A stretch of 30,178 bases of DNA from the UHGV virus genome UHGV-0251015, one strand, 5' to 3'. A program made the translations under genes and the position numbers. Shown piece after piece: positions 7,904-19,481 of the stretch. The stretch is from a virus. The notes under the pieces were generated by a model. The model was not told where the DNA came from. It did not search any database and saw nothing but the letters and a program-made list of their open reading frames with translations. Every line of letters begins with the position of its first letter. Positions within the stretch are counted from its first letter, which is position 1.

Positions 7904-9394
7904 TTATAAAATCGCGGTTGAGGACATTGTGATGGACTGAATAAGTTGCCCATCGACATAATAGAAAATGACACCTTTCAGGTCGCGCTCAATGCGTGCA
8001 GAGCCTGACTGTGTCGGGATGTACAGGAACCAGCCCTGTGAATACAGCGTCGATGAGATATCTTTTCCAACTGTGTTATTCACAATTCTGGTTTGCGCAT
8101 TATCAAGTTTCACGCCACGCTGAATAGCCCCGAAATTGAGAGCCTGTTCAGCAACATCAATAACAGCAGCAGAAACTGCGCCGTATCCTGTCTCATTGAA
8201 CGGGTAAGACTGGTTATTGGTGAACAGGTTAGCAAAAGCACTAACCAGATTGGCATTAATCCATACCTGATTAATAAAACTGTCCAGCCATACAAACTTG
8301 CCAGTAATGGCACCATCAGATGCGTACTGCGCCATTGTTTTGTTCAGGCTGTATGAGCCGTAGAAGTTGTAACCGTTTGATTTCAGTGCCTGAGCGGTCG
8401 CCAGATCGCTTACGTTGGGTGCTAACCCTGAAAATCCACGGAACTTGAACGAGATACGCCCATTGGTGCGTGCAAAATCCACGGATGCAGCATATGCCAG
8501 TGCTGTAACGCTATACAGGTATGTTCCGTACACCGGAAAAATGTTCTCGTAGCCATTTGCCACAACCACTTTCTGCACAAAGCAATTTGCATTATTGGCT
8601 ACCGTTCCTGCTGAAGTGGTATCGTGAACAACATATCCAAACCGGTTTTTACTGCTGCTTGCCCATGCGCACAATTCTGTTTTCTGGTCATCGGTCAGTT
8701 CGACCAGCGAGTTAAACAGGATCCAGTTCTGGTTGACGTTGATGATGTTGTTCATCGTGTCTGTCAGCGTTACCGCATCATAACCCGGTGATACAATCGC
8801 TGCGGAATCCTGCGTAAGTAACAACCCGGTAGCCAGAGCGCCAGCAGAGGCATAAGACACTTCACTCTCTGCGCCAGTAGTGGCAGAGCGAATGATGAAT
8901 CGGTTAGCTATTGGCAACCATTCAACCACCACCTTGCTTGCACCAATTCCAACCTGCAACTTGGACGCAATGTCGCTAAAACTTGTGGCTGTGGACAAAT
9001 CAATTGATGTGCTGGTAGTCGACTCACCGTCAATGGAAAGGGTGATTGTTCCTGCTGGAATCGCTTTCAGTGTTGCCAGGGTAACACCTTTCAGGTTGCC
9101 GGACAGAAGATACCCAGCCACTGGTGAAGTAACAATACGATACATCAGCAGTTCACCAGGAATAACGGATGAGTTTTCGTATCCGTTAAAATACTGTTGT
9201 GCTGCGAGGAATTCTTTCGATTCACTCCCCATCAAAGCTGATACATCAGATGAGGAGTAATAAGATTGTACCGCGCCAACCGGGATAAGCTCGTTATCGG
9301 TCAACATCAGGCCGTTAGCATCAACCGCAGAACCGGCAGGCGTAACGACATTGGGCGTGATATTAAAATCTACAGATAAAGGGATTGTGCTCAT
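7904..9394 (-). CDS. Putative tail sheath-like / major tail protein
   Basis: 496-aa Ser/Thr/Gly-rich structural-type protein preceding tube and chaperone genes; assignment by synteny and composition. Confidence 0.5.
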   Translation of the reverse strand: MSTIPLSVDFNITPNVVTPAGSAVDANGLMLTDNELIPVGAVQSYYSSSDVSALMGSESKEFLAAQQYFNGYENSSVIPGELLMYRIVTSPVAGYLLSGNLKGVTLATLKAIPAGTITLSIDGESTTSTSIDLSTATSFSDIASKLQVGIGASKVVVEWLPIANRFIIRSATTGAESEVSYASAGALATGLLLTQDSAAIVSPGYDAVTLTDTMNNIINVNQNWILFNSLVELTDDQKTELCAWASSSKNRFGYVVHDTTSAGTVANNANCFVQKVVVANGYENIFPVYGTYLYSVTALAYAASVDFARTNGRISFKFRGFSGLAPNVSDLATAQALKSNGYNFYGSYSLNKTMAQYASDGAITGKFVWLDSFINQVWINANLVSAFANLFTNNQSYPFNETGYGAVSAAVIDVAEQALNFGAIQRGVKLDNAQTRIVNNTVGKDISSTLYSQGWFLYIPTQSGSARIERDLKGVIFYYVDGQLIQSITMSSTAIL

Positions 9395-9418
9395 GACAAT
9401 ATTTATACCTTTGATAAA

Positions 9419-9445
9419 TGATATAATACCTCAGCATCCAGGAGG
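9419..9445 (+). promoter_or_regulatory. Extended -10 promoter and RBS of the HNH endonuclease gene
   Basis: TGATATAAT at 9419-9427 (TGnTATAAT) and AGGAGG at 9440-9445, 5 nt before the ATG at 9451. Confidence 0.45.
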
Positions 9446-9450
9446 TTATC

Positions 9451-9933
9451 ATGTGTAAATTCAATGATTTATTTGCGTATTGCAAACGAACCGGTGTTTT
9501 GACATACAAGAAAAAATGCGGAATAAAAATGCCAGGGCAAATTGCTGGGTCTGTCAACAAAAATAACTACATAAATCTTGGCATTGAAAAGAAAAGATAC
9601 TATGCCCACAGGATAATATGGGAAATGCATAATGGAACCATTCCTGATGGCTATCAGGTAGACCACATAAATGGCATAAGGTCTGATAATCGAATCGAGA
9701 ATCTCAGAATAGTGAAAAACAGCGAGAACTCGAAGAACCAGAAGCGAAAATCTACCAACAAATCTGGTATGACTGGCGTTTCATGGGATACGCAAACCCA
9801 GAGATGGAGAGCGCATATAACTGTTAATGGAAAGATGATATCTCTTGGAAGATATATACATAAGCTTGATGCATTAACAGCCAGAAAAAATGCCGAGATT
9901 AAATACAATTTTCACGAAAATCACGGGCGTTAA
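9451..9933 (+). CDS. HNH homing endonuclease with AP2-type DNA-binding domain
   Basis: YYAHRIIWEMHNG...DHINGIRSDNRIENLRIV...NSEN (HNH motif) then GVSWDTQTQRWRAHITVNGKMISLGRY (AP2-like); opposite strand to all flanking late genes; AT-rich. Confidence 0.8.
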   Translation: MCKFNDLFAYCKRTGVLTYKKKCGIKMPGQIAGSVNKNNYINLGIEKKRYYAHRIIWEMHNGTIPDGYQVDHINGIRSDNRIENLRIVKNSENSKNQKRKSTNKSGMTGVSWDTQTQRWRAHITVNGKMISLGRYIHKLDALTARKNAEIKYNFHENHGR

Positions 9934-10481
9934 TCGACGTTAACATCAACGATCTCTGTAGATACCTCTGCCTTATCAAAATAATCTTGCTGCATGCTCA
10001 CGGTTATGTGTGCCTGCATCGACAATGTCAGCACCCATCTTTCCTGCCACTGACTCTCGGCGTTGATCATCGGCGCCTGAATGGCAGGAGATGAGTAAAG
10101 CGGCGCAAGCCGTGCATCAATAGCCTTGATGATGTCGTAGCCATATCCACTGGTGAATGTTGTTTCCAGTGCAATAGCTCTATCCCCTGCCCCCTGACCA
10201 TAGATATCTACCTGAATATCAGCCTGGCGAACTTCCGTATATCCCATGGTGCTTGTGTCCGGAGAGCCGGTATCTTGCTTAAGCTCTCTCGTCGTGGATA
10301 GTCTGGTGAATCGCAAAGGGGTCAGGATACAGAACTGATCTTTGGGCATTGGTACACGGTTAGCCTGAGCCTGCAGGCATTTACCAGCGATAGGTTCTAT
10401 GTAGCCAGCAAGTACATCGATAATATTATCAACAGTGAAATCATTCATGGGCTTACCTGCAATACAGCAATCAGCCGGCAC
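9930..10481 (-). CDS. Hypothetical virion morphogenesis protein
   Basis: ORF track; overlapping neighbours in the late operon between head and tail genes; no family recognised. Confidence 0.45.
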   Translation of the reverse strand: MPADCCIAGKPMNDFTVDNIIDVLAGYIEPIAGKCLQAQANRVPMPKDQFCILTPLRFTRLSTTRELKQDTGSPDTSTMGYTEVRQADIQVDIYGQGAGDRAIALETTFTSGYGYDIIKAIDARLAPLYSSPAIQAPMINAESQWQERWVLTLSMQAHITVSMQQDYFDKAEVSTEIVDVNVD

Positions 10482-10822
10482 CAGTCAGGCCACAACTCTA
10501 TTGGCTCAACAACAAGCCATTGCTCCCCGTTAATCACGAAGATATCTCCGCCCTGCTCTAGTTCTCGCTGAACACTGAAGTAATTACCATTGACGTAAAT
10601 CACTTTTGCCAGCCCCTGAATATTCAGTCCATCGACGTGTTGCATGTCGCCGCGACTGATTGGCTGTAGTTGAATGGTAACGTGCTGGTCAGGGAGATAA
10701 GACGGAATCGGCTTGCGACCGGGGCCGATAGTTTCACCTGCATACTTTTTCAGGATTGCTGGGATGTTGGGGTTAATGCTTGTGATCGCGTTATTGGCTA
10801 TCTGTCGAAGATTCAATTTCAC
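10445..10822 (-). CDS. Hypothetical virion morphogenesis protein
   Basis: ORF track; overlapping neighbours in the late operon; no family recognised. Confidence 0.45.
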   Translation of the reverse strand: MKLNLRQIANNAITSINPNIPAILKKYAGETIGPGRKPIPSYLPDQHVTIQLQPISRGDMQHVDGLNIQGLAKVIYVNGNYFSVQRELEQGGDIFVINGEQWLVVEPIELWPDWCRLIAVLQVSP

Positions 10823-11357
10823 CTACCTCATAATCAACAGCCCTTAACATGTCCCCGGTCCATATGAGAGGCTTGTTGTTGCTCATATCAACATCAACCT
10901 TTTTCACCGGACCGAAATAGCCCGGACCACCAAAAACATCTTCTCTGGCCTTCACTACATCCCACTTAGTCATTTCCGCCCTGTTATTAGGGAATCTACT
11001 TCTTAGAAGTACTGTTACCGGGCTTAATGGCGGCTCTTGAATAGTTCGAATGGATTCCTGAATGTCTGCTTTTATGATCTCGCCGATAAGATTCAGAACA
11101 GTATCCGCATCTCCGTCATGCGATTTCATGAGCTTTTCGACCTTTTCTGACCACTCTTCAGATTTAGAAGCTATAGCATTCCTGAAGAATGGCCTTGGCG
11201 GACTTCCACTTGCCGGGTTACCAAATTCGTTAGATGCTGCAACCATTGGCATAGAAGTACCATCCGGATAGGTGGCATCTTCAAGAAACCCGACCTTCAA
11301 TTGCTTTGAGAACAACTCACTACCAACTGAATCAAGGAACTCCATCACCTTATCCAT
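10791..11357 (-). CDS. Hypothetical virion morphogenesis protein
   Basis: ORF track; overlapping neighbours in the late operon; no family recognised. Confidence 0.45.
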   Translation of the reverse strand: MDKVMEFLDSVGSELFSKQLKVGFLEDATYPDGTSMPMVAASNEFGNPASGSPPRPFFRNAIASKSEEWSEKVEKLMKSHDGDADTVLNLIGEIIKADIQESIRTIQEPPLSPVTVLLRSRFPNNRAEMTKWDVVKAREDVFGGPGYFGPVKKVDVDMSNNKPLIWTGDMLRAVDYEVGEIESSTDSQ

Positions 11358-11788
11358 CAGTACCTCCGGTAATACCCATACGGGTAATTTGATGGAGAAT
11401 GCCCGCTTATATACTGGAAGGTGCGAAACGGCGCCGTAGCATTCCAGTAATCAGCCCCGTACTTTGTTTGCATGTACCATGCTGAATTTGCTGTTCCCCC
11501 TGGCATATCGGCATGAACGCTAACCGAACCCTCTGAAGCACTGTCGATTCTTCCAACCAATCCGGATGGAGACTGCCCATTTGCTCCTGAATACAAACAG
11601 GCGATATGGGCAACCAGCATATTCAGCAGCATTGAGCGTACAGCTAAATCCGACACACGACTTGAGTCTGTGTTATCGAGATAAATGGTTGCTTGCGTGA
11701 AATACTGCTGAAGAAGTACGTCGTCGACAGATGAGAATTCAGGATAGCGTAGCTTAAATGCGGAGGGGGCAAATATTACGACGCCCAT
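11357..11788 (-). CDS. Hypothetical head-tail joining/connector-type protein
   Basis: ORF track; second gene downstream of major capsid gene; assignment by synteny only. Confidence 0.4.
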   Translation of the reverse strand: MGVVIFAPSAFKLRYPEFSSVDDVLLQQYFTQATIYLDNTDSSRVSDLAVRSMLLNMLVAHIACLYSGANGQSPSGLVGRIDSASEGSVSVHADMPGGTANSAWYMQTKYGADYWNATAPFRTFQYISGHSPSNYPYGYYRRY

Positions 11789-11800
11789 TTGCTGCTCCCG

Positions 11801-12148
11801 CTATTTTTCGTCAGCCTTTTTTACGCCCGGAGCCGGATTTTCCGGGTCAAGGCCTTCAAGGCCAGTTTTTGATTCTTTCAGATCTTTACCCTGCGCATTC
11901 AGACTGCGAATATCTTTCTGAATGAAGATTGCATTGTTCTGAATATACGCGGCATCCTTATAGGTCTCGATGAACTTATCCATGAAGTCTTTCTCGACCA
12001 TGGTAACTCCGAAAGCCCCCTCAGGAATTGCACCATCAAGACCACGGAGGGCGGTTGTTGCCGCCCCGTTCAGGATTACTGTTTTGCCATCCAGAGTTAC
12101 CTGAAGGCCATTTGGCAATTTGCAGCCAACGCTTACCATTTCTGCCAT
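11801..12148 (-). CDS. Hypothetical structural protein
   Basis: ORF track; immediately downstream of major capsid gene. Confidence 0.4.
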   Translation of the reverse strand: MAEMVSVGCKLPNGLQVTLDGKTVILNGAATTALRGLDGAIPEGAFGVTMVEKDFMDKFIETYKDAAYIQNNAIFIQKDIRSLNAQGKDLKESKTGLEGLDPENPAPGVKKADEK

Positions 12149-12151
12149 GAA

Positions 12152-13192
12152 TTAAACTCCCAACATGCTTGCAAATGCCAGCGGCTGGCGAATGATTGCG
12201 CCCCAGGTGCCACCGGTTTTCTTTTGTTTGTACGCGGACAGGTCAACAACAACTGGATGCGCACGCATTTTTTCGGTAAATGCGCAGTAGCCGGTGTCCT
12301 GACCATCCAAATCGTCGGCGATCAGCTGAACCAGTTCGCCGGATTCGGTTTTGTACTCGACAGCAGTAACAACGCGCAGGTTCGGGAAGTTTTTCTTCAA
12401 CTGATCAGACACGTTGACGTTGTACATGTTGGTCTTGGTCAGATTTGCTTCTGACTCTGGAGACATCGCCAGCGTCATCTTGCTGTCTCGCTCAACGTAC
12501 CCCTTGGTCTGCTTCACTAACTGCATGTAAAGCGCCTGGATATCGTCATACACCGCCTGACCGTCTTTTGTTGCCCAGGTGGTTCCGCCGCTCGCACCAG
12601 TTGCACCCGGGGTGATTGATGCCGGAAGGTTAGGGTCATTCAGAATGCCGTAGTTCTTCAGGCCAGCAACGCCGAAGAAGTAGGACTTGTTCTGAAACTT
12701 ATTCAGGGTCAGCGCAGAAGCAGTATTCAGTTGTTGAGCCCATGCAATGCGGCCTTCACCGTAACGGTCAAGTTCCAGCTCACCCCACTGAGTAATGGTC
12801 TGGTACAGATAGGACTCACGAGCAACCCAGTTGACGTTAGCATTTACCTGCCCATTATTGTTGTAGTCACCATAACTGGAAACCTGACCCGTTGATTCCA
12901 CAACCGGGAATTGTGCGGTCATGGTGGTCCAGTCTCCCTTCTTCGTTTCCCCCAGAATTTCCACCGCTTTCATCGGAGTGACAAGGATGCGAATCAGTTC
13001 CGGGTCAACGTAATTAGTGAAGTACCATGGAATGCCAGAGTTGCTGGTTGTTACCAGTGAAGGCTGAGAGTCCATTGCATAGGAATAGCTATTAGCAACA
13101 GCATCCGTCAGATAGGCTTTGGCTTCCGGAAGGATTACACCGTAATCTCGCTCAGCCATAGCTTTATGTTGTAAAAATTCTGCGTTATTCAT
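12152..13192 (-). CDS. Major capsid protein
   Basis: 346-aa protein placed after the scaffold-like and decoration-like genes; composition typical of capsid proteins; assignment by synteny and recall. Confidence 0.65.
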   Translation of the reverse strand: MNNAEFLQHKAMAERDYGVILPEAKAYLTDAVANSYSYAMDSQPSLVTTSNSGIPWYFTNYVDPELIRILVTPMKAVEILGETKKGDWTTMTAQFPVVESTGQVSSYGDYNNNGQVNANVNWVARESYLYQTITQWGELELDRYGEGRIAWAQQLNTASALTLNKFQNKSYFFGVAGLKNYGILNDPNLPASITPGATGASGGTTWATKDGQAVYDDIQALYMQLVKQTKGYVERDSKMTLAMSPESEANLTKTNMYNVNVSDQLKKNFPNLRVVTAVEYKTESGELVQLIADDLDGQDTGYCAFTEKMRAHPVVVDLSAYKQKKTGGTWGAIIRQPLAFASMLGV

Positions 13193-13195
13193 GTA

Positions 13196-13675
13196 TTAGC
13201 TCCAGGTGCCCATCTGAATCAATTCGCCAGCCTCGCCAGCACTGCCAACAACAAATTTTGTTTCAACGTAATCCGAGATTGACGCCCCGGCATCGCCAGC
13301 GGTAATGGTTCCATCTGACAGTTTGGCGAAAATCTTCTGCCCTACGGTTGCCGCACCGGCAGTTTTCACCCAGTAGTCGCCAGCAGTCATCAATGTCATC
13401 TGAACTCCAGGCTGAATAGTCATAGATGATTCACCAAGCCATGTGGTGACAGACGCCTGCCCTTCCCGATGAACGAAACCGGCAGGAGCACCGGTTCCAG
13501 TGTTATTGACAACACCATTGCTTACCCATGCAAAGCGACCAACAACAACCCCATTTGCACCGGCAACAAGAGCGCCCTCACCTGCAAGAAGACTTGCTTT
13601 AGGGTTAGCCGAAGCGAAATCCCCTTCAACTCCCGGCGCCTGTTGCTGATTAATTACACTTTGAAAGCCACTCAT
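13196..13675 (-). CDS. Putative head decoration/accessory capsid protein
   Basis: Gly/Ala/Val-rich 159-aa protein immediately upstream of the capsid gene. Confidence 0.45.
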   Translation of the reverse strand: MSGFQSVINQQQAPGVEGDFASANPKASLLAGEGALVAGANGVVVGRFAWVSNGVVNNTGTGAPAGFVHREGQASVTTWLGESSMTIQPGVQMTLMTAGDYWVKTAGAATVGQKIFAKLSDGTITAGDAGASISDYVETKFVVGSAGEAGELIQMGTWS

Positions 13676-13678
13676 TTC

Positions 13679-14905
13679 TTAGCTCCGTTTCAGTTTAGTT
13701 GCGCCAGGAAATGCCTTGGCGAAAGAATTGGTTGCAGCAGAATCCATCCCCATACCATGAGATGGTTTGCGAACTACCGCTTTCTGGCTGATAGCAAATT
13801 CAACCATCGATTTAAGTGCTGAAGGATGAACGCCTTTATGTTCGGCACCGATTGAATCAAGAGCAAAGCGATAAATAGACTCTGCGGAATCCATAGCGAC
13901 CAGACTCACATCACCAACCAAAGCACGAACACATTCTCGAGCCTCATTGGCTTGACGGATACGCCCCATCACATTCTCTTCAGCTTTTCGAATCAATGCG
14001 GCATCCATAGCTGCTTTATTCTCATCATCGTCTTCATCCTCGGCAGTCTTTTTATCCTTGCCGTCATCATCTTCGTCTTCCGCTTCTTTGCGGTCACGAT
14101 CGCGATCCTTTCGCTCACGTTCTTCACGCTCTTTTAGTTCATCCTCTTCACGTTTCAGACGCTCTGCTTCTGACTCATTATCTCTCTCAGCCTGAGTGGC
14201 TTCGTCTTCAACAACCTTTTGCACTTTCTTTTCCACTTCTTCTGGCTTCTCATCACTTGCCAGCATCGGCGTGATAACTGCCATCAACTTTTTAGTAAGT
14301 TCTGACATTGATTTCATTCCTGTTGGTATTGAATCCCCGACAACAACGTCGGATCCGGCTCTTCCCTCTGTTACGAGAGCAACGTGGTTCCCGACGATAT
14401 CGCGCATTACACCATCGTATGGCTGGCCTTCATGCACGCCGGGGGTCATGTCAGCTACATATCTGTAGGCCGACGAAAGTTCTTTCTTCTCGTCTGTCTC
14501 GATTCCAGCGATAGAATCTGCGTCCCATACGACAAGCGAGTTCTTGAGATAAGTCCCGTCAAACTCAGCATCAGTACCAGTAGAACCAACCACAGCCATC
14601 TTCTGAGGGTCTGCAGCAGTAACCGGAATGTGTTCGTTAAGGAGCGGGATGTTGTTGAATGTAGATGCTGCTTTGGCTAACTCTTTCGGGTCACGAAGCA
14701 GGTAGTAAAACTTGTCAGGCTGTAAACCTAGCGATCTGTAATTAGGGATTTCACGCCCATAATAAGGGCAAACGTTAGCCTTACTGATTGGCGTCACTTC
14801 GATATGCAAACGCCCATCCTTATCAAAGGAGCGCACCGTTGCCTTGTCGAATGCCAATCCGTGATATCCCCATTGCCAGTCGCCTTTAACTTTGCGTAAT
14901 GGCAT
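13679..14905 (-). CDS. Putative scaffolding / prohead maturation protein with acidic low-complexity block
   Basis: 408-aa ORF between head-morphogenesis and capsid genes; long E/D/K/R-rich segment ([28 protein letters not shown]...). Confidence 0.5.
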   Translation of the reverse strand: MPLRKVKGDWQWGYHGLAFDKATVRSFDKDGRLHIEVTPISKANVCPYYGREIPNYRSLGLQPDKFYYLLRDPKELAKAASTFNNIPLLNEHIPVTAADPQKMAVVGSTGTDAEFDGTYLKNSLVVWDADSIAGIETDEKKELSSAYRYVADMTPGVHEGQPYDGVMRDIVGNHVALVTEGRAGSDVVVGDSIPTGMKSMSELTKKLMAVITPMLASDEKPEEVEKKVQKVVEDEATQAERDNESEAERLKREEDELKEREERERKDRDRDRKEAEDEDDDGKDKKTAEDEDDDENKAAMDAALIRKAEENVMGRIRQANEARECVRALVGDVSLVAMDSAESIYRFALDSIGAEHKGVHPSALKSMVEFAISQKAVVRKPSHGMGMDSAATNSFAKAFPGATKLKRS

Positions 14906-14924
14906 GCTTTTACCTTTCGGCAGG

Positions 14925-14948
14925 CAATAAAAAAGCCGCAGTAGCGGC
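14925..14948 (-). terminator. Possible intra-operon intrinsic terminator or attenuator
   Basis: Minus-strand hairpin GCCGC-TACT-GCGGC followed by TTTTTTATT, between head-morphogenesis and scaffold genes. Confidence 0.3.
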
Positions 14949-15039
14949 CATTATTTCCTCTTGGACATAGCTATTTTCAGTAGTGCAATCATTAAGCAAC
15001 CAAAAATCAACACTAATCCCAGAGACCATAAAACCTCAA

Positions 15040-15858
15040 TCATTTTCTATCTATCCCAGGGATAACAGGAGACCACGTACAACGGCAGTTGATAGCCTCT
15101 CCCGGCAGCACCCATTCACCATCAAGATACAGCCCTTTATCGAGGTCGAACTCTTTACCGTCAGCTTTCACATGGGATGGCCTTGGCTGCTTCCCGGCGT
15201 GTGAGTGACGCCAGATTCCTTTGGTGATGCCTAACTTCTTCTGCCGTTCAGACTGAATTACCGCTGTAGCTTTGTTGTTCTGATCGCGTGCGATCGTCTC
15301 AGCGCGTCTGCGTGTAATGCCATATCGCTTAACCAGTTCATCAGTGAGATAGCCAAGGTCACGACCACGGCTGACAGACTGCATGACTATCGTCTCAACC
15401 TGTGTGTGATAGTGTTCAGGTATGGATTTAATCAGGTTGACGTTCTCGTTAACGACAGCCTGCATCACGTTCTTAAGCTCGTCATTCATTGTGAACTTAA
15501 CGGTAAATCCGCCAGCCTTTAACGCTGAGTGTAACGAAACGTCGGTGTTGCGCAGTGTCTTATCAACGAAGCGATCAGCCAGTTTCTTAGCCAGTTCATT
15601 GAATTTATGCTCCCACTGCTTGCCTAGTCTGGACAATCTGCGCTTTAACTCATTCGCGGGACTGGAATCCATCGCCATGTTGTTTTTGTATGCGCCCTCA
15701 AGCCAGTATCGGTATGACTTATCCATCTCCCTAACCAGTTTGAGAAGCTCAGAGCGATACCACTCATGAACTCCGGCATTAGCTCTGACTGGACGAAGGG
15801 TTTTCCGGGTCTTCGAATCCTTCTTCGACGGACTCGTTTTCGTGCTCTTCTTCGTCAT
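15040..15858 (-). CDS. Head morphogenesis protein (minor head protein family)
   Basis: Position immediately after portal and family resemblance by recall; 80-nt overlap with portal suggests the true start may be internal. Confidence 0.7.
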   Translation of the reverse strand: MTKKSTKTSPSKKDSKTRKTLRPVRANAGVHEWYRSELLKLVREMDKSYRYWLEGAYKNNMAMDSSPANELKRRLSRLGKQWEHKFNELAKKLADRFVDKTLRNTDVSLHSALKAGGFTVKFTMNDELKNVMQAVVNENVNLIKSIPEHYHTQVETIVMQSVSRGRDLGYLTDELVKRYGITRRRAETIARDQNNKATAVIQSERQKKLGITKGIWRHSHAGKQPRPSHVKADGKEFDLDKGLYLDGEWVLPGEAINCRCTWSPVIPGIDRK

Positions 15859-17314
15859 ATTCAGATTCCATCATGTGGTATGGGCTGGCCTTATCCGACT
15901 GGCGCATGCTTCTTATTGCATCAAGGTCGAATACGCCAGCTTCAGCATAGTTCTTGTCAGCCTCAGACTGATGTTTCATGATCTCGGCTTTCTCTGCTTC
16001 TGTAAGCTCGTACAGCGGCAGGAATTCAAAATCAATGTCAGGGTCAATCTCGCCAAATTCATTCAACTGGATAACATCCAGCACTGTTTTCAGCGGCACC
16101 CTGAACAGATTCTCCTGCATGGCGTGTATTGAGTCATAGAAGACGCGGATTTCGCCATCAGATGAAGCGTTTAGCCCGTTAGGAGTGATGCCAAGGAGCT
16201 TAACCAGAGGAATGCTTGATACCGATGCCATTTGTTCCTGCGCTTGCGCCTGAAGAGCATCAACTCCGGACAGACTTGTCACAAACTGGAAGAATTCTTC
16301 TCCATCCTTATCAATAAGGAACATTCCGCGATTGTCGCGAACCTTATTGAATAGCTCGGCACGCATAAACAGGTTTGGGTCTGCAATTCCAGACAAGGCA
16401 TTCTGCATGTTCGTCTTCAGCCCATAGACCACAAACGAATGAACCAGATCGCTAACGCTGTCACGTGTTCTCAACCAGTTCTGCACGTATGGCTCTGCCA
16501 TCTGACTCAGCGACAAGCCGCCGAAGTTGTACGCCGCTTTGAGAATGTCTGGCACCTGGCGAGAAATCATTGTCAACATGCGACTGGCGTGAACCGTGCG
16601 CCCCATGACATACCATTCAGATGGATTGAAGAAGTCAGGGCTTAGAGGATTGTCAGCGTTATACACGCCCGGGTAAGTCCACATAGCCTCGATAACGCGG
16701 AAACCATTCAGGCTTCCTTTGGTAATCTTGCGCGGGCTGATATAGAGCTTCTTATCCAGTTCGTCGGGAACCAGCCAGGCTGAGTTACCGCTTGGCGTCT
16801 TCACGTCGATATAAATCTGCCCGCGCCCGAAGTAACCGTCATGTTCCGCTGCCTCGCGAAACTTCTCTCGCACTCTGAAACGCTTTAATGCTTCGTCAAG
16901 CTGGCGAAGTTTATCGGCCTTGTCGTCACCATCGTCTTTACCTACATGCTTCAGCTCAATCCATTTTCGCGTCATCTCTTCTGCTATCGTGCCAGTAATC
17001 TTGCGATACTCCGGCAACTGAGCAAGTTGAGACAGATATGGGTAGCCAGGAAATCCACCGTAGCCATATGCGGTGATGTTTGCTGAGTTAAGGTAACTGT
17101 ACGGCGTGGAGTCCATCGCCAGAGCTGACTCCCCAATATGTTCAGGAATAACGCCTGGCGGGGGTACGTATCTCTCAATTCTACGCAATGCCTCGCCTTC
17201 ATTTTTAATTCGCTCCTGTTCGCTAATAATCGCAAGAACATTCGCCAGAGACATTGGCTGTTTCGCCTCTTCTTTCTGAGGCTCAGATTTTTTCTTTCTC
17301 AAAAAATTAAACAC
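15779..17314 (-). CDS. Portal protein
   Basis: 511-aa protein directly after the large terminase with acidic C-terminus; canonical position. Confidence 0.8.
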   Translation of the reverse strand: MFNFLRKKKSEPQKEEAKQPMSLANVLAIISEQERIKNEGEALRRIERYVPPPGVIPEHIGESALAMDSTPYSYLNSANITAYGYGGFPGYPYLSQLAQLPEYRKITGTIAEEMTRKWIELKHVGKDDGDDKADKLRQLDEALKRFRVREKFREAAEHDGYFGRGQIYIDVKTPSGNSAWLVPDELDKKLYISPRKITKGSLNGFRVIEAMWTYPGVYNADNPLSPDFFNPSEWYVMGRTVHASRMLTMISRQVPDILKAAYNFGGLSLSQMAEPYVQNWLRTRDSVSDLVHSFVVYGLKTNMQNALSGIADPNLFMRAELFNKVRDNRGMFLIDKDGEEFFQFVTSLSGVDALQAQAQEQMASVSSIPLVKLLGITPNGLNASSDGEIRVFYDSIHAMQENLFRVPLKTVLDVIQLNEFGEIDPDIDFEFLPLYELTEAEKAEIMKHQSEADKNYAEAGVFDLDAIRSMRQSDKASPYHMMESEYDEEEHENESVEEGFEDPENPSSSQS

Positions 17315-18840
17315 TATGCGAGCCTCAAAAGGTCTTCAGATATACGTAACGGACCATTGCCATTTTTCATCTCATCGATGGCATCCATCATCGGATCAAG
17401 CTGGTCGTCGTGCGTATTGAAATCAGGATTAATAGCTTCCATCTCAACGAGGAAGTCGTTGATGAATGGTGCGCTGCTGGGCAACTTGATGTAACCGGAC
17501 TCGATATAACCCTGTACGTCCATCAGTCGCGTGTACTTATCCTTATCGCGCTGAATTGCTTTGATGGGGCATATCGCTTTTTTACGGATGTTCTGTATCA
17601 GGCCTGTGCCAGATGACTTGTCCTCTATCGCCATGTGGCGAAGCGGCCCATTCTTCAGAGTTTTGCACTTTTCCCAGAATGCAACAGCACGGCGTTGTAA
17701 TTCATCGGCCTCCCATTTACCGCGAATCATATCGATCAGATAGATGTACCCGTCAGTACCAAGCCCCCAGTGCTCGAATACTGAGAAGTCGTTGACCTCT
17801 TTTGTTTTCTGTGCGGTGTCTCCATAGACGGCACGCCATTGCATGGGAGGGAGTACCGAATATTCACCAAACCATTCAGACTTAATAAGCCCCCCGCCTT
17901 TGGCGGTTGGTCGTTGCTGATAAAGAGCATTCCATACAAGGGAACCGCGCTGTTTGCATTTCTCTACGAACTCTCTCGGCATGCGCTCAGGGAACAGAAT
18001 TTCACCGGGATTGCGCAGTCGATATACGTTACCGTTGAGTTCATGGATCTCCTCCTTTTCAGCCTCCATAGGGAAGCTAACTACGCGCCAGCGTTCCCCG
18101 CCTTCTTCTGCCAGTTTTAATAACTGGCCGGCGAGATCGTTTTGATGCCAGCGTGTCAGAATGATGACGATGCCGTTTATCTTCGGGTCAACACGCGTGA
18201 AGAATGTCGTGTCGTACCAGTCCATCACCGCTTCCTGGTAAGTTGGAGACGATGCGGTTTTGTAATCTTTCGCGGGGTCATCAATAACCCCAATGTTCAT
18301 ACCCTGCCCGGTGATACCACCGTTAACACCAGCGGAACGATATGAGCCGCCGTGTAGTTCGCCTTTGGCATCAACTGGTTCCCATAGCTCGGTTTTGTTG
18401 ATACCTCCCGCCAAACTGCGTCCTGAGGGTATTTTCACGTCAGGGAAAACATCAGCGTACTTATCAGATGTGATAATGCGTTTAACGTCACGGCTCATTC
18501 GGTCTGACAGGTCAGAAGAATATGAGCACGAGATAATGTTCCATGATGGATGCTGTCCTAACACATACGCTGGGAAGCGGCGAGAGCACAACTCACTCTT
18601 TCCTGAGCGCGGAGGGGCAAACACCATTAGCCTGGGCATGTTTCCGGCTTTAACTTCATCCAGAAAGTGATCTAGCTCAGCACAAAGCAGCTCGTTAAAC
18701 CAACCTGTTTCGTATTGCGGATTAGTGTACAAAGTGAAATCGAGAAGGTTTTTTCTTGCTGAGCGGATAGCCAGCTCTTTGTGCAACTCATAAATCTGAG
18801 CGTTTCGATTCAAGCTGATTGGAGCGCCTGCCATTACCAA
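17314..18840 (-). CDS. Terminase large subunit
   Basis: Walker A-like PPRSGKS near N-terminus, downstream nuclease-type acidic residues; overlaps small subunit 3' end. Confidence 0.85.
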   Translation of the reverse strand: MVMAGAPISLNRNAQIYELHKELAIRSARKNLLDFTLYTNPQYETGWFNELLCAELDHFLDEVKAGNMPRLMVFAPPRSGKSELCSRRFPAYVLGQHPSWNIISCSYSSDLSDRMSRDVKRIITSDKYADVFPDVKIPSGRSLAGGINKTELWEPVDAKGELHGGSYRSAGVNGGITGQGMNIGVIDDPAKDYKTASSPTYQEAVMDWYDTTFFTRVDPKINGIVIILTRWHQNDLAGQLLKLAEEGGERWRVVSFPMEAEKEEIHELNGNVYRLRNPGEILFPERMPREFVEKCKQRGSLVWNALYQQRPTAKGGGLIKSEWFGEYSVLPPMQWRAVYGDTAQKTKEVNDFSVFEHWGLGTDGYIYLIDMIRGKWEADELQRRAVAFWEKCKTLKNGPLRHMAIEDKSSGTGLIQNIRKKAICPIKAIQRDKDKYTRLMDVQGYIESGYIKLPSSAPFINDFLVEMEAINPDFNTHDDQLDPMMDAIDEMKNGNGPLRISEDLLRLA

Positions 18841-19378
18841 GCTCCTTCAGTTTCTCTTCAAGTAACTCTTCTGACATATCGGCATAACGAACAGGCCCAC
18901 CATCAGCGCCAGTTATTTCTGTAGATGTTTGCTCTTTAAATGCCTGAACAGAAACATGCTTGCCAAGAAGTTCGAGGTTTTTGACCTTATCAGGCCATTT
19001 GATTTTCTTCAGGAGAGCAGCACTATCTGCTGATGCCATCTCGACGACATCCATTCCTGATAGCGTTGTACGCCACACCTTAGGCCAGTCTTTAATCGGC
19101 TTCAGTTCGCCATTGGCAAGCAGGATATCCAGCACGTCCATCTGGTCTATTTCAGTCAGCCGTCGCAATACATAGGCAGCGTCTATACCTACCTCTTCAT
19201 TGCGTTCAGCCTTTAGCTCAGCAATGCGATCTGCTATGTCAGGTTTTGACAGGTTCTCGCTACCAGTGGCGCGAGCAGTTTTTTCGCTGTAACCCGCCCT
19301 GATAGCTGCCTGAGTGGCGTTTAAATCTTTCAGGTACTCACGGGCAAACAGCTCTTGTTTGTCTGTGAGCTTTGCCAT
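18788..19378 (-). CDS. Terminase small subunit
   Basis: N-terminal ELFAREYL...NATQAAIRAGYSEKTARATGSENLSKPDIADRIAE motif typical of small terminases (recall); precedes large subunit. Confidence 0.75.
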   Translation of the reverse strand: MAKLTDKQELFAREYLKDLNATQAAIRAGYSEKTARATGSENLSKPDIADRIAELKAERNEEVGIDAAYVLRRLTEIDQMDVLDILLANGELKPIKDWPKVWRTTLSGMDVVEMASADSAALLKKIKWPDKVKNLELLGKHVSVQAFKEQTSTEITGADGGPVRYADMSEELLEEKLKELGNGRRSNQLESKRSDL

Positions 19379-19481
19379 TGTTGGCTCCGTTTATCCGTTA
19401 AAAGGGATATCAGTTAAGTTATCCCGTGTAGGGTATAAGCCATTATCAAAGCCACTCTGTAGGGAATGGCTTTTGTAATAA

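Noticed and set aside
14196-18670. Many plus-strand ORFs of 60-125 aa inside scaffold, portal and terminase genes
   Set aside because: All are antisense shadows of long, well-supported minus-strand genes, with Ser/Arg/Cys-rich translations and no start signals.
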